From: Octopus sinensis
Taxonomy: Eukaryota
Length of the DNA stretch: 64,000 nucleotides
Reading direction: 5' to 3'
Assembly: GCF_006345805.1 (NCBI RefSeq)
Contig: NC_043013.1
Coordinates: 30,938,001 to 31,002,000 of the forward strand
Under the pieces are notes generated by a model that was given only the letters and a program-made list of their open reading frames with translations, was not told the DNA's origin and searched no databases. Within the stretch, counting starts at the first letter, position 1, and every line of letters starts with the position of its first letter. Positions 13,854-26,479 of the stretch are shown here, piece after piece. The translations under genes were made by a program, and so were the position numbers.

Positions 13854-14639
13854 ATAATCGTATAGAATAATCGTATAGAATAATCGTATCAAGATAGATA
13901 GATAGATAGATATAACTTGTTTTTTACTAGTATAGCATAACTTTAATTTTTTAAGTAGATAACTGCGAGCTCTCATACTACAGTTATCTCTTTCTTTATA
14001 ACTGCACCTGATTTTGAGCACAAGAAAACAAATAGTACTTGTACGTTGCTTAAATGAAGTTTTATTTAATTTTAAATTTTAATTTTTAATTTTTAACTTT
14101 TAATTTAATCTAATTTAGGTAACACAACTTTGATAAAATAAGTTACCAAGGCTTCATAATTCTATTACAAAATTGAATAAGTAATGCTTCCCCCTTGAAA
14201 GTAGTATGGGAAGTTTCAATATAATAGGCAGTTCCCTCACACCTTGTGAACTAACTTCTAAGTATTGACCTGTAGTCTGTCAATGTATTGATAGTAACGG
14301 CAACAATTTAAGACAGTAACAGTAATAAATAAATAAATAAATTTAAATGACCTCTTGTTAGGATTGCACTTATTTTTTTCTCTTAATGTATTTCCTTTTG
14401 ATGATAGCCTTTGACCCCTCTATCCCTGACCTTGTTATCTCTTTAGATTCTCATATCTGCTTTCAGCTACGTCAGGTTGGCAATAAATAGCTGTTTACTG
14501 GTCAAAAATAATATTCTCCTTGTAGTTCTTAGACTCCTGCAAATTCGAAGCCAGCCAGGCCGTCTACAAATTCTTCTGTGTAGTGGGTCACCTGCGACCC
14601 CTTTCCCTCTCAGTTGTCACAGTATACTCTATGTGGGCG

Positions 14640-14815
14640 TTTTTTCTTTTCTCCCTTCTTCCCCTTTTCTCTTTTTTTTCTTTTTCTTTTTTTCTTTTTC
14701 TTTTTTCTTTTCTTCTCCCCTTTTTCCTTTTTTCTTTTCCTTTTTCTTTTTTCTTTTTCTTTTTTTCCTTTTCCTTGTCTCTTTTCTTCTCTTTTCCTTT
14801 CTTTTCTTTTTTTTG
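14640..14815. repeat. Polypyrimidine (T/C) low-complexity tract in the PLE 3' region
   Basis: Direct reading. Confidence 0.85.
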
Positions 14816-15192
14816 CTCCACAAAAATTCCTTCAGCCTTTAGAAGTCATAACATAGCAGTCTTGTGAAGAGAACAGTAATGTGACAAATACCTTATCATA
14901 TAGCATGAAATTATAACCACCTCATTGTGGATTAACCATGGATAAATTCATCGTCTGTGAGTATGAAATTCCTCCTCATATCTCTGGAATTTTACATCTA
15001 CACTACGGATTAATTCACCTTCTCTGTGAAGCTAATAAGCTTTTAAAAAAAAAATCTGTGATAAGACTGTGCATCATCATTAAAGAACTTCGGAAGTCTG
15101 TTTACACCCTAAATCTGCTTTTAATGAAATTATCCCCAATACTTCATGAGTGTAGCCTCACCCACTAAGATGTTTTGGAGAACTCATATGTG

Positions 15193-15283
15193 TTTTAGCT
15201 GATGAGTACGTGACACTTTTATCTGCTGCAATATTTGCAACTTTTAATAAAGCCTGTCTTTGTATGAAACAATTGTACTAAAA
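15193..15283 (+). ncRNA. Type I hammerhead ribozyme in the pLTR of the Penelope-like element
   Basis: Stem I TTTTAG (15193-98)/CTAAAA (15278-83); CTGATGA (15199-205); stem II GTACG/TGTAT with long loop; GAAA (15266-69); palindromic stem III ACAATTGT; predicted cleavage after GTA (15277). Confidence 0.82.
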
Positions 15284-15449
15284 ACTAATCCATTCTTGTT
15301 GCTTCTTTCTCGTTTATAATTACCCCACATTACTGTATGGTTAACACCATATAGTTTTCTGGTGCATCTAAGTTAAGTACCGCATTCAAGTAAATTCATT
15401 AGAATTGACTTGAATCTTAATTGCTTTTATTGAATATATATTTATATAT

Positions 15450-16117
15450 AGAACAAGAGAGAAGGAGACACTGATGGTCCTATGGAAAACATTCGTCCTC
15501 AGCCGCTTGGACTACTGCTCCCAAATGTGGTCACCACACAATATAAAACTAACAGCAGAACTCGAAGCAATTCAGAGAAGCTACAGAAAGAAGAACATCT
15601 CAATGCAAAATATCAGCTACTGGGAAAGACTGAAGGTATTAAACCTCTTCTCCCTAGAGCGGAGGCGGGAGAGATATGCGGTGATATACATCTGGAAAAT
15701 CCTGGAGGGTCTTGTCCCAAACTTTGGCATTCAAAGTTACCCGAACCGTAGAACGGGGCGCCACTGCATGGTGCCAAGGATTCCAACATCACCATCAAAA
15801 TACAGGTCCAGGTACTGCAACAGCCTGGGTTTCAGAGGAACACAGCTCTTTAACATCCTCCCTAAATGCCTGAGAGACCTACATGGTGTGGATGTGGGTT
15901 TCTTTAAAACTAAACTGGATCTCTTCTTGTCGGGAGTCCCAGATGAACCTACCTCACGACAGGAGACGCGGATGCGGGAAGCAGCATCGAACTCCCTTGT
16001 TGATCAACTGCCACGTACCAGAGGTGGATTAACAAATTAGCGTAGCTCATTCAGCGGTGGTGCCGCAGCATGGCCGCGGTCTTCGGGCTAAAACATTTTT
16101 AAGGATTTAAGGATTTA
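15450..16117 (+). mobile_element. 3' fragment of a CR1-group LINE (ORF2 C-terminus plus tail)
   Basis: ORF 15474-16040 WKTFVLSRLDYCSQMWSP..SYWERLK.L.L.SLERRRER; (AAGGATTT) tail; close match to 62116-62783 (-). Confidence 0.9.
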
Positions 16118-16134
16118 TATATACACATATATAT

Positions 16135-16346
16135 TCTTTTATTTTATTCTTTTGCTTCTTTCACTTATAACTGCAGCCATGCTGGAGTACCGCCTTAAAG
16201 GGTTTTAATCGACGAAATTGACCCCATGACTTATTCTTTGTTAGCCTGGAACTTATACTATCAGACGCTTTGCCGAACCGTTAAAATACGGAGACGTAAA
16301 CACACCAGCGTCGATTGTCAAACGGTGGAAGGGGGGCAAACACAGA

Positions 16347-16350
<4 letters not shown>
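16135..16350 (-). mobile_element. SINE family A, 3' half
   Basis: Reverse complement of aaggcggtactccagcatggctgcagtt..gaaagaagc tail; adjoins (CA)n at 16351-16435. Confidence 0.75.
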
Positions 16351-16441
<91 letters not shown>

Positions 16442-16536
16442 TGCTATATTCCTTAATATGCTGGAGTGATATAACACCCACCCCGGTATACGTAAACTAG
16501 TAGAGACACGCCTAACTCTGAACGCTTCCTACGTAC

Positions 16537-16720
16537 TTATTCTTTTTATTGTCCACAAGGGTCCAACAAAGAGCGAACGATACAGGACATTACGGTTGGA
16601 GCCGAAAAAAGAAAAATTTCGAAGAAGCAGATGTATGATTAATAAAGGAAAAGATTAAATGATGGTCACTCGTGCTCCATGACTCAAACAACATCATTGA
16701 ACATATTTTTTAAAAACTAA
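16537..16720 (-). mobile_element. Probable Tx1/L1-type LINE 3' UTR remnant
   Basis: Minus strand ends ggacccttgtggacaataaaaagaat, similar to the end of the coding Tx1 fragment at 25.2k. Confidence 0.4.
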
Positions 16721-16899
16721 CATAAATTATCAGTTTTTCTTTTCCACTTTGCTTGGTGAAATCACCTGTTTTTTTGTGTCTTTTAAAATTCTTTTCGTTT
16801 GTTTCTGTTACATGTTCATGTGTGTTCTTATTTATTAAGTCTTTATAATTTATGGATTTTTTAGTTTGAGGGAGGGGGTGAACGAGTAATATTCTTTTT

Positions 16900-18225
16900 T
16901 CTCTTGCTCCCAGCCAGCTGCCATTCACCGTCGCTTACCTGTGTAGAAGTTGTCAACGGCGCCAATCCTTCCGTCGTGACTGTCTCTCCTTTCATCGTCT
17001 CCTCCTACATTTTAACACTTTTATTTTAACCTTAACGAATTTCATCGTCGGTATATTACTAATTTCTTCCGATAACATATTATTTATGCTTTTTCCTTTT
17101 TTCTGACGTTTTCGCATCTTCGTTCTACAGTACATCTTTATATGTCCTATATTTCCATAACGAAAGCAATCTGCTTTTTTAAATGGACAATTTTTCCTCA
17201 AGTGTATACTTCCACAGGCAAATCATGGGTATTTTTCCTGATTTTTGTCGAGTTTTCTGGAAAATACTTTATCTTTATTCTGATTATTTCGCATTTGCTT
17301 TACTTGGAAATAATCCTTACGTACAAATTTCTGTGTGTTGTGTCTTGATTTGACTATCTTTTCACATTCTTCTGACACATCCCGCTATTAATCAAGCTTT
17401 ACGACAATTCTATTTCTAATTTCTGCGTCCTTTTCGGCCGTAAGTCCCCGTGTAAAAATCAGGCATTTAACATATGTCGCGTTAATTCGTCCATCTTAAA
17501 CTGCTCGCATTCCCTGTTAACTCTACCAGCATTGGCGTTGTAGTCTTCGTCATGCTTTTTCTCTATATTCAGACACTTCCAACGTATGTTGAACAATGAG
17601 CATTTTTCACTGAAAATTTTACACAATATACCTATTGTGCCATCAAAGTTTATATCTGAAGTTTTTTTCTCGGGAGTACATAATTACTGTATCGTTCATG
17701 TTCTGTTGCTGCCTGTTTTCTCAAGATTAAGCATGTTTTCATCTCATTGTCCCAACCTTTAGATTCTGTTTCGAAGATTTGCTCAAATCTTTGAGGTATG
17801 CTTCAAAGTTAACTCCTTTGTCAGGTTCGTATTTGAACTCTGTTATTGAGTTCGCAACATTAGCGTATCGAAATTCTTTTTTCTCACTCTCCTGACGACT
17901 TCCGTAATTTAAGCATTCGTTACAGCAATATTATTTGTCGTTGTTGTTGTTTCTGTTGTTGCTCTTGCATTTGTAGCTGCTGTTGTTGTTGTTCTCTTAG
18001 TTGCTGTTGTTGCTGTTTGACAACTCGAGCAAACCAGTAAATTGACCATAATTTTACGATTTTTCTTCGTAAAATTCACACAACAAAAACTTTTGTGAGT
18101 TTGTTAACTCCTCGTGAGTCGTTTAAATACTCGTCGCCACAGTTAGGATCCTTTATATATGTCGGATTGATATAATGCGCACTTCAGTATACAGTCTAAT
18201 TTGTAAACCAGGAAATATACATATA
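16900..18225 (-). mobile_element. Ty3/Gypsy LTR retrotransposon remnant: PBS and decayed gag with CCHC knuckles
   Basis: PBS-like TGGCGACGAG (minus, ~18130-18139); Gln-rich N-terminus; FSEKCSLFNIRWKCL; RKNCPFKKADCFRYGNIGHIKMYC. Confidence 0.75.
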
Positions 18226-18227
18226 TA

Positions 18228-18398
18228 TATATTAAGGTTATTACTATACATAAATGCCTCAAGCTAGGAGGGACTCCTAAAATCAAAACTACCATAATAA
18301 ACACATCGTACCGAAGGCTAGGGAATGCAAAAAGCGAGCCTTTTAAAACAAGTTTAAGAGTCACTCCTAGCGTGAGGTATTTATATATAGTAAGCCCG

Positions 18399-18405
<7 letters not shown>
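18228..18405. repeat. Small fold-back element in TA context
   Basis: Core inverted arms 18241-18276 and 18358-18393 (4 mismatches). Confidence 0.7.
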
Positions 18406-18457
<52 letters not shown>

Positions 18458-19534
18458 TATAAATAGTTAAAGTGAATAATTAAATTTTTCCCTTATGATG
18501 TTTTTTCACGCTAACTACTTGATACATTCTTATAAAGATGTTATCCTATTTTTAAATTATATATATATATGCATGTATGGATGTATGTATGTTTATGTTC
18601 GGGTTAGATTTGGCAGTTTGCATACAAAAAAGGTAAATCCAATATTGCATCCAAAAATCTTTAAAAAATATAACATATAAACAAAACTATGCCTAGGAAG
18701 TAACAGTTTCCGCATAGCGGCTATCCTCGGCTTCAACCACGGCCTCAAATGAGACTCCGGTACCTGGCGCATGCGTATTTCAGTGTTTCCTTGCGAGGAT
18801 CTTCGAACATCTTGACATTGTCCACTAGCTCGATCCTAGTTTTGTAAGCAGAGGGGTTGGTTCTATTTCTTACCAGTGGCGTAGACATATTAATCCCTGA
18901 GATTATAATCGGGAAAATCAGGAGGCCAGAATCTGTCGAAAATGACATTGTAAAAATTCTTCGACAACTATTTTTACTTTTTGTCTGGAGTTACGTCTGG
19001 GAGACGAACATTGCTGCTACACGGCAGCAACTTTCGCTAGGTGTGGGGCTGTATGACCTCACCCTCAATATCGACACACAAAAACACTATTACATTTGGG
19101 GCTTTTATGATGTCCAGATCACGCCTTACAGCCTTTACTCTGTACACAATGCATTAAGTTGCAGTCAAGATGATGGCTACGTGATCCTTGGAATTAACGA
19201 TTATGACGCAGATAACATTTTCCCAATATTCAAATGAACTCCTGTCTTCCATGTCAGCTACTATTATCTTAGCAAAAACATTTGTATTTATACCCTCTAA
19301 TGCTGTTGGATTTTAAAAAATACTTCCAGTTTTCACTTGGAAGAAAACGAGCTAGTCATGTAAAAGATCGTTTCTCTCACCAAGCTGCAGATGATGTCCA
19401 AGAACTGCAATTGATAATACAGCTTGGCTACAGCATTATTGGTGCAAAGAAACTCAGAAAACGTTACTATACTTTTGTCCGACGCTATAACTTAACGATC
19501 AATCCAGTGCTGTTGTTCGACATTGCAATTAAGA

Positions 19535-19945
19535 AAGGCGCCGAGCTGACAGAAACGTTAGCACGCCGGGTGATATGCTTAGCGGTATTTCGTCTGCCGG
19601 TACATTCTGAGTTCAAATTCTGCCGAGGTCGACTTTGCCTTTCATCATTTCGGGGTCGATTAAATAAGTACCAGTTACAAACTGGGGTCGATGTAATCGA
19701 CTTAATCCGTTTCTCTGTCCTTGATTTTTGTCCTCTCTGTGTATAACCCCTTGTGGGTAGGAATGAAATAGGTATTTCGTCTGTTGTTATGTTCCGAGTT
19801 CAAATTTAGCCGAGGTCGACTTTACCTTTCATCCTTTCGCGGTCGATAAAATAAGTGCCAGTTACGCACTGGGGTCGATGCGATCGACTTAATCCCTTTG
19901 TTTGTCCCCTCTGTGTTTAGCCCCTTGTGGGCAATAGAGAAATAA
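19535..19945 (+). mobile_element. SINE family B with internal tandem duplication
   Basis: aggcgccgagctgacagaaacgttagcacgccggg..gttcaaattc.gccgaggtcgactttgcctttcatc..aataagtaccag..ggggtcgat; body occurs twice. Confidence 0.85.
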
Positions 19946-20489
19946 ATTAATAGTACAAGAATGACATCCGTGATGTTTAAACCTATAAAATTCAAACGTT
20001 GGAACGAGTATACATATGGCATTTTGTCTGAAACAATACCTTTTCATTAATTACAATTTTAAATTACAACTTACTGCATGTATTGTATATTGCAGAATAT
20101 CCAGCTATGGGTTGGATGTGCTTAAAATAGACGATCATTTACTGTGTCCCAAATTCTGATGCGTAAAACCTCTCGTGTAAAGACAGTTAAAACTTAACGC
20201 AGCAACGAAGCATTTCATCCTTTGATGGATTCTGCGAATAATGACAATTACTGCCCCATTCAAATATGAAAGTACATGCCCTCATCTATTAAACCTCTGC
20301 ACATATTATTGATCCTACATCATTCTTCTCACACCATCTGATTAGCCTTTATTCATTCCCAGTGCGCAAGCAAGGAAGTCTTTTGTACTCGGTTACAATC
20401 CATCATTCAGACTGTACAAATGGAAGCTTTCTCCACCCCTTCCTACTCCCAGCCATTTGCACCCGCACTCCCTCCCTCTCTCTTTCTCG

Positions 20490-20524
<35 letters not shown>

Positions 20525-21094
20525 AATTGCAAATGCTTCCAAATATTTGTACGCAATCAAGCAGACATACATACCAACATGTATATGTCTATTTCACACT
20601 ATTTCAAATATATCTATATTTATAATACATGTATAATAGATATATGCACAAGAGCATTTTCGAGGTACATACTTCGTGTGTGCAGATATATGTTTTTGTG
20701 TGATGGAACAATACAACGTATAGCACAAGGGAATATGTAAATAATAAGTATTATATGTAATGCTATTTTATCAATTTCGTGACCTTTGGTGATCAATCGA
20801 ATTATCAATATACAATCAGTCACACTGACGACCGAGGATTGTAAATTGAAATTACGAAGTTCGCTTCATTCCCCAAAGTATTACTATGCTAAAACAAATT
20901 TCTATGATCAGATTCGATCGTTGGATCGACGGATGCTCTGATGTGCGTGTACTTAACTATATATTAGTATGTGTACGTAGGATAATTACACAAACTTGCA
21001 TAAAATCCTGTACAAATCAGCTCAGGCACACACACACAAATACACTCCCCTCACAAAAATATATACATTATTTTATTTTTCGACTTCGTTCAGA

Positions 21095-21290
21095 CTTTTG
21101 CCTGCGGCCAACCTAGAGGATCGCCTTCAAGGGTTTCAGTCAAACAAATTGTCCACGGAGACCTTTTTTGCTTAGTACTTATTCTATCGGTTTCTTTATC
21201 GAACAGCTAAGTTACGGGGACGTAAACAGTCTAGCAGCGGTTGTTAAGCGGACTGAACCTGAAACCATGTGGTAGGGAAGCAAGTTATAC

Positions 21291-21328
<38 letters not shown>

Positions 21329-21502
21329 ATGTTTGTGTGTCTGTGTTGGTATGTTTATGTCCCCGTAACTTAGCGGTTCGGCATAAGAGACCGATAGAAT
21401 AAGCACTAGACTTACACAGAATAAGTCCTGGCCTCGATTTGCTCGACTAAAAGGCGGTGCTCTAGCATGGACACAGTCAAATGAGGGAAACAAGTAAAAT
21501 AG

Positions 21503-21505
<3 letters not shown>
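21095..21505. mobile_element. Mosaic of SINE family A fragments in opposite orientations
   Basis: Minus-strand tail ~21095-21285; plus-strand tail ~21340-21505. Confidence 0.65.
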
Positions 21506-21536
<31 letters not shown>

Positions 21537-22246
21537 AAATAAATTATATATATATATATACGCGCTTCACTAAACTTGGAAGTGAATATGTTTATCGTTA
21601 TTGGATTTCGTTTCTGAAGGGGAACAAACTTTCCATACAGTGATTTCTCAGATTCACTTACGTTTCTGGAAGACAGGTACAGACCATACATATAATGTAA
21701 TGGGAAAATTAGATACGAGAACGAAAACCATGTCTGCGTTCAAGTTTGATGACACGTGTGAGGGGAAATTATAACTATCATTGCTTTGGCTCACACACTT
21801 TGGCTGCTCTCTATAATTGAATACCTGATTGGTAGGCCCTGCTGTGAATCAGCAACTGAATTTTATTGCACAGAAGCAATTATTCATGCTTGGAGTTGCA
21901 GTACCCAGCGATATCTGCGAATGAAGACGAACAGTCACGCTGAAATGGCAACGGTTCATAGTCTTCTATATTACAGAATCACGCGCATTGGGCATACACA
22001 TAATGTACAGGAAAATGTTCCGCAACGATGAAATCCATCAGTGACATATTATACTTACCTTCAAGCGGAACATGTTAAGATTGAATGTATACAGCACTGT
22101 AATGATTTTCTCTCGTCTTTTTTGCGTGTTCACAACGGTTGCACATGCATGCATGCATGTATGTATGTATGTATGTATGTATGTATGTATGTATGTATGT
22201 ATGTATGTACGTATGTATGTATGTATGTATGTATGTATGTATGTGT

Positions 22247-22553
22247 GGAGGCGCAATGGCCCAGTGGTTAGGGCAGCGGACTCGTGGTCGGAGGATCGAG
22301 GTTTCGATTCCCAGTCCGGGTGTTGTGTGTGTTTATTGAGCAAAAACACCTAAACACTCCACGAGGCCCCGGCAGGGGCTGGTGGTGACCCCTGTTGTAC
22401 TATTTTGCCACAACTTTCTCTCACTCCCTCTTCCTGTTTCTTAAGTAACGCTGCAATGGACTGGCGTCCTGTCCAGCTGGGGAAAACACAAACGTCACAG
22501 AAACCTAGAAACCGGACCCATGAGCCTATCTAGGCTTGAAAAGGGCGAAAAAA
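22247..22553 (+). mobile_element. tRNA-derived SINE family C
   Basis: A box TGGCCCAGTGG, B box GGTTTCGATTCC; siblings at 39856 and 55983; sits in (TATG)n. Confidence 0.88.
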
Positions 22554-22889
22554 AACGTATGTATGTATCTATGTACGTATACACACACACATATGTGTTT
22601 GTGTATGTACATAATTATATAATATATATTACTGAATATTTCTAGGATTCGTTTCAGTCAAGTTATTTTAACATTCAGGACACTAAACGAGGATCAAGAT
22701 CTCCACGTCCGTGGATATATCATATATAACTATATCCGTATATACACATTCATGCACAGGCATAGCCATACTCTCCCCCTTACATATACATGCACACGCA
22801 AATATACACATTCATAAACGTATACACGTGCATACACCTACATATAACTGCACATACATATATTGATATACGTGTACATACATACATTC

Positions 22890-23140
22890 TGGCACTCTGT
22901 TAATTACGGCGAGGGTTCCAGTTAATCCAATCATCGAAACAGATTGCTCGTGAAATTAACGTGACTGTGACTGAGCACTCCACAGACACGTGTACCCTTA
23001 ACATAGTTCTCAGGGCGATTCAGCGTGACATAGAGTGTGACAAGTTACTGCTCCATGTTAGCAGCTAAGTGGACTAGAGCACCGTGAAATAAAGTTTCTT
23101 GCTCAAGGTCGCAACACATCGCCGGGAATCGAACCCAGTT
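22890..23140 (-). mobile_element. SINE family E (shares its central domain with family D)
   Basis: Minus strand gggttcgattcccgg..ccttgagcaagaaactttatttcacggtgctctagtccacttagctg. Confidence 0.65.
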
Positions 23141-23154
23141 CATCTATGCATTTA

Positions 23155-23745
23155 ATTAAACGTTGGTGTTACAAGGAATTTTGTTAACATCTCGCTGAAT
23201 TGTACCCCATACGTAATAATCAAGCAGGTTGCAGCCTGTTGAGTTAGATGACGAGATGCTAGGGGTGAAGTGGCCACAGAAATTATCTGATAGGCGTGAC
23301 TGGGTCCTCCTGGTTGTGTGGCATGTTGCAGAGTCCTGTTGCCATTTTCTCAACACAGTGCAGCGCTCCATCCTCCAGGCACTTGATGTAGGCCTTCGTG
23401 TTGAGTCTGAGGCCGCGTGGGAAGATGAATGGAAGCATGACATCAGCATCTCTAGTGGACACTCAAAACACCATGATATTGACTGGATGATTGATTTTTA
23501 ACACTCTCAGTACGTGTTAGACGTTCTGAAATGTTCGTATTAGAGCTTCCGGCGCAAATGCCAAGCTGTACGGCATGTCATTTTCCAAATTTCTGGCAGA
23601 GTAAATTGCGTCATGGTGCTGTATTTTTCTCATAGACAATGCCCGACTGACTGTACCGTGCTGCATAGTCGGCAAAATCAAAAATAAACAATGCGCATGC
23701 GCGAAATTTAAAATATCAAAAGCCGAAAATTTACCTATCGCAGTC
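23155..23745 (-). mobile_element. Internally deleted Tc1/mariner (maT/DD37D-like) transposon
   Basis: WQQDSATCHT..SSNSTGCNLLDYYVWG (equivalent to WPPNSPDCNPLDY); N-terminus MTQFTLPEIWK near 23615. Confidence 0.75.
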
Positions 23746-23845
23746 TATATATATTTGCATATATGCATATTAGTATATGTACACACACGTGCATTTAAAC
23801 ACACACCTACAAACAAACATACATTCTTCCTTTCTCTCTCCCTCT

Positions 23846-23891
<46 letters not shown>

Positions 23892-24286
23892 AGTATGTAT
23901 GTATGTATGTATGTATGTATATGTGTATGTGTGTATGTGTGTGTGTATATGTGTGTCTGTATATATATATATTTATGAACTGGAAATGTAGCTACTGTAT
24001 CTCCCACAAAGACTTGTTACGTTATAAACATTTTGACGAATATTTATACACCGGTATGTTATTCAAGAAATAACTTGTATACCCATAAGCATAGGGTGCA
24101 GACAATATCTTCGTTTTGTGTCTGATGTAGTTCTTTATGTAGTTTATGTATTCACTTTCGTTTACGCATAAGCATGTTTGCTTGTAATATGAATGCTTGT
24201 TTATTGTTTGCAATATAATGTAATGATATTTTTAAACAATTTGCACTCAGCTAGATCTACTATAATTTAATATTATGAAGTTTATA

Positions 24287-24688
24287 AGGCGGCGAGCTGG
24301 CAGATTCGTTAGCACACCGGGCGAAATGCTTAGCGGTATTTCGTCTGTCTTTTCGTTCTGAGTTCATAACCCGCCGAGGTCGACTTTGCCTTTCATCATT
24401 TAGGTGTCGATAAATTAAGTACCAGTTACGCACTGCGGTCGATATAATCGACTTGATCCGTTTGTCTGTCCTTGCTTGTCCTCTCTGTGTTTAGCCCCTT
24501 GTGGGAAGTAAAGAAATAGGTATTTCGTCTGTCTTTACATTCCGAGTTGAAATTCCTCCGAGGTCGACTTTGCAATTCATCCTTCTGGGGTGGATAAATT
24601 AAGTACCAGTTGTGTACTAGGGTCGATTTAATCGATTGGCTCCCCCCACCCCACCAACATTTCGGGACTTGTGCCTAGAGTAGAAAAG
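24287..24688 (+). mobile_element. SINE family B, dimeric, with 15-bp TSD
   Basis: TSD AATATTATGAAGTTT at 24269-24283 and 24689-24703. Confidence 0.9.
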
Positions 24689-24774
24689 AATATTATGAAG
24701 TTTTTCTTTCATTGAAGATGTTTAGTTAGTTTATGCCAATGTCATTGTAGCTATTATTACTAATCTTTTCTACG

Positions 24775-24963
24775 AAGGCGCAGGGCCTAAAACTTTGGGA
24801 GAAGTTATTAGTCGATTACATCAACTCCTGTGCTCAACAGGTATGTATTTCATCGACGCCGCAAGAGTGAAATTAAAGTCGACCTTGGAAGAAAGTAAAG
24901 ACGGACGAAATGCCGCTAAATATTTCGTCCGGCGTGCTAACGATTCTGCCAGCTCGCCGCCTT
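24775..24963 (-). mobile_element. SINE family B, inverted relative to its neighbour
   Basis: cggcgtgctaacgattctgccagctcgccgcctt is the reverse complement of the family head. Confidence 0.8.
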
Positions 24964-25161
24964 GATGCAATAGTTGTACATGGGAAAAATAGGGGTGCAA
25001 TAAGGGTGGAGCACTTGCAGAAAATAGCACAGCTTGGAACCGCTCGAATACTCCGGAAGGGGTGTTACCTTAGTTCAATGGTAGCGAACAGCTGACACTG
25101 ATGTACATCTCCAGCGTTAGAAGCTGTGCAAGGACAATAATAATAATAATAATAATAATAA

Positions 25162-25202
<41 letters not shown>

Positions 25203-25211
25203 TAGTAATAA

Positions 25212-25550
25212 TATTTTATTCTTTTATTAGCCAAAAGGGCTCACATAAAATAACATTAAAAGATAAGTAACAACATAAAAGACAAAAAGGACGATACAAA
25301 AGGTTGACAATTAAAAATGAAACAAATTAAAATTCCCATTACGGAAGGTGCTTTAAGGCTCACGTGGAAAAACCCACAAAAGCCACGTTTGCCTGAACAA
25401 CAGGGCAAGAGCCCTTCTCCTTTGATTCCCCTTTTGCAGGTGCGATCACAGGATTGGTCGCTTTACACTGGCCAGTCTTCCAACATTCACCCACCTTTCA
25501 ACAAACTTGCCACAAGGCAACACTTCTCTCTCCAACCTCAACTTCCTTTC
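25212..25550 (-). mobile_element. Tx1/L1-type LINE 3' end (ORF2 C-terminus plus 3' UTR) inside (TAA)n
   Basis: Minus strand RKLRLEREVLPCGKFVERWVNVGRL then a UTR ending aataaaagaataaaa; flanked by (AAT)n on both sides. Confidence 0.6.
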
Positions 25551-25552
25551 CA

Positions 25553-25593
<41 letters not shown>

Positions 25594-25631
25594 AATAATA
25601 TTAATAATAATAATAATGATAATAAAAATAG

Positions 25632-25668
<37 letters not shown>

Positions 25669-25720
25669 TAATAATAATATTATTAATAATATGATAAGGA
25701 TAATGATAATGATAATAATG

Positions 25721-25793
<73 letters not shown>

Positions 25794-25810
25794 GAAGAAG
25801 AAGAAGAAAA
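25551..25810. repeat. (AAT)n/(GAT)n microsatellite
   Basis: Direct reading. Confidence 0.9.
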
Positions 25811-26218
25811 TGAATAAGAAGGAGAAGAAGAGGAGGAGTAAAATGAATTACGAATGTGTATTTAAATAGACCATATAGAGGGGAGTAAAAATTCATTGCA
25901 TTCATGCAGAAGCAATAACCAGCAATGATGGAAATTCTCATATATATATACTCACGTAAATAAAGTGGGATAAGCTAATAAAAGCGGTTATGCAAATCAT
26001 GATTGTTTCGATTTTCGTTTGTACTTACGTTCATATACATACTAAATGCATATATTTATATTTATTTACATGTAAACATAAACATAAAGGGATACATACC
26101 TACACGTACATACGTACGTATGCACACACTCCAGCACACACGAAGATATGCATATATATATATATATTTGTGTGTGTGTGTTTGTTTATAAACATATATG
26201 TATATATATGTATATATA

Positions 26219-26296
<78 letters not shown>

Positions 26297-26446
26297 ATAT
26301 ATATATATATATGTATATATATATGTATATATATATATACATATATATATATATTTATTTGCTACTATTATTATTATGATTATTATTATCATCATCATCA
26401 TCATTATTATTATTGTTATTATTATTATTATTATTATTACTATTAA

Positions 26447-26479
<33 letters not shown>

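Larger units (their letters stand above)
12267..15430 (+). mobile_element. 5'-truncated Penelope-like retroelement (Naiad-type) with inverted partial pLTR at its 5' end
   Basis: 12267-12360 is the reverse complement of ~15220-15313. Coding body has IIWLNIPFN..NFP..HRYHRII..TVRISYS..PNM and a GIY-YIG domain; hammerhead at 15193-15283; (TA)n at both ends. Confidence 0.85.

Noticed and set aside
13852-13890. 13-bp unit (GAATAATCGTATA) repeated three times after the PLE stop codon
   Set aside because: Short local slippage with no evidence of function.
18700-19530. ORFs 18857-19237 and 19282-19746
   Set aside because: No recognisable domain; the second ORF runs into a SINE.
22247-22320. tRNA-like sequences here and at 35330-35400, 39856 and 55983
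   Set aside because: SINE heads with A/B boxes continuing into repeat bodies, not tRNA genes.
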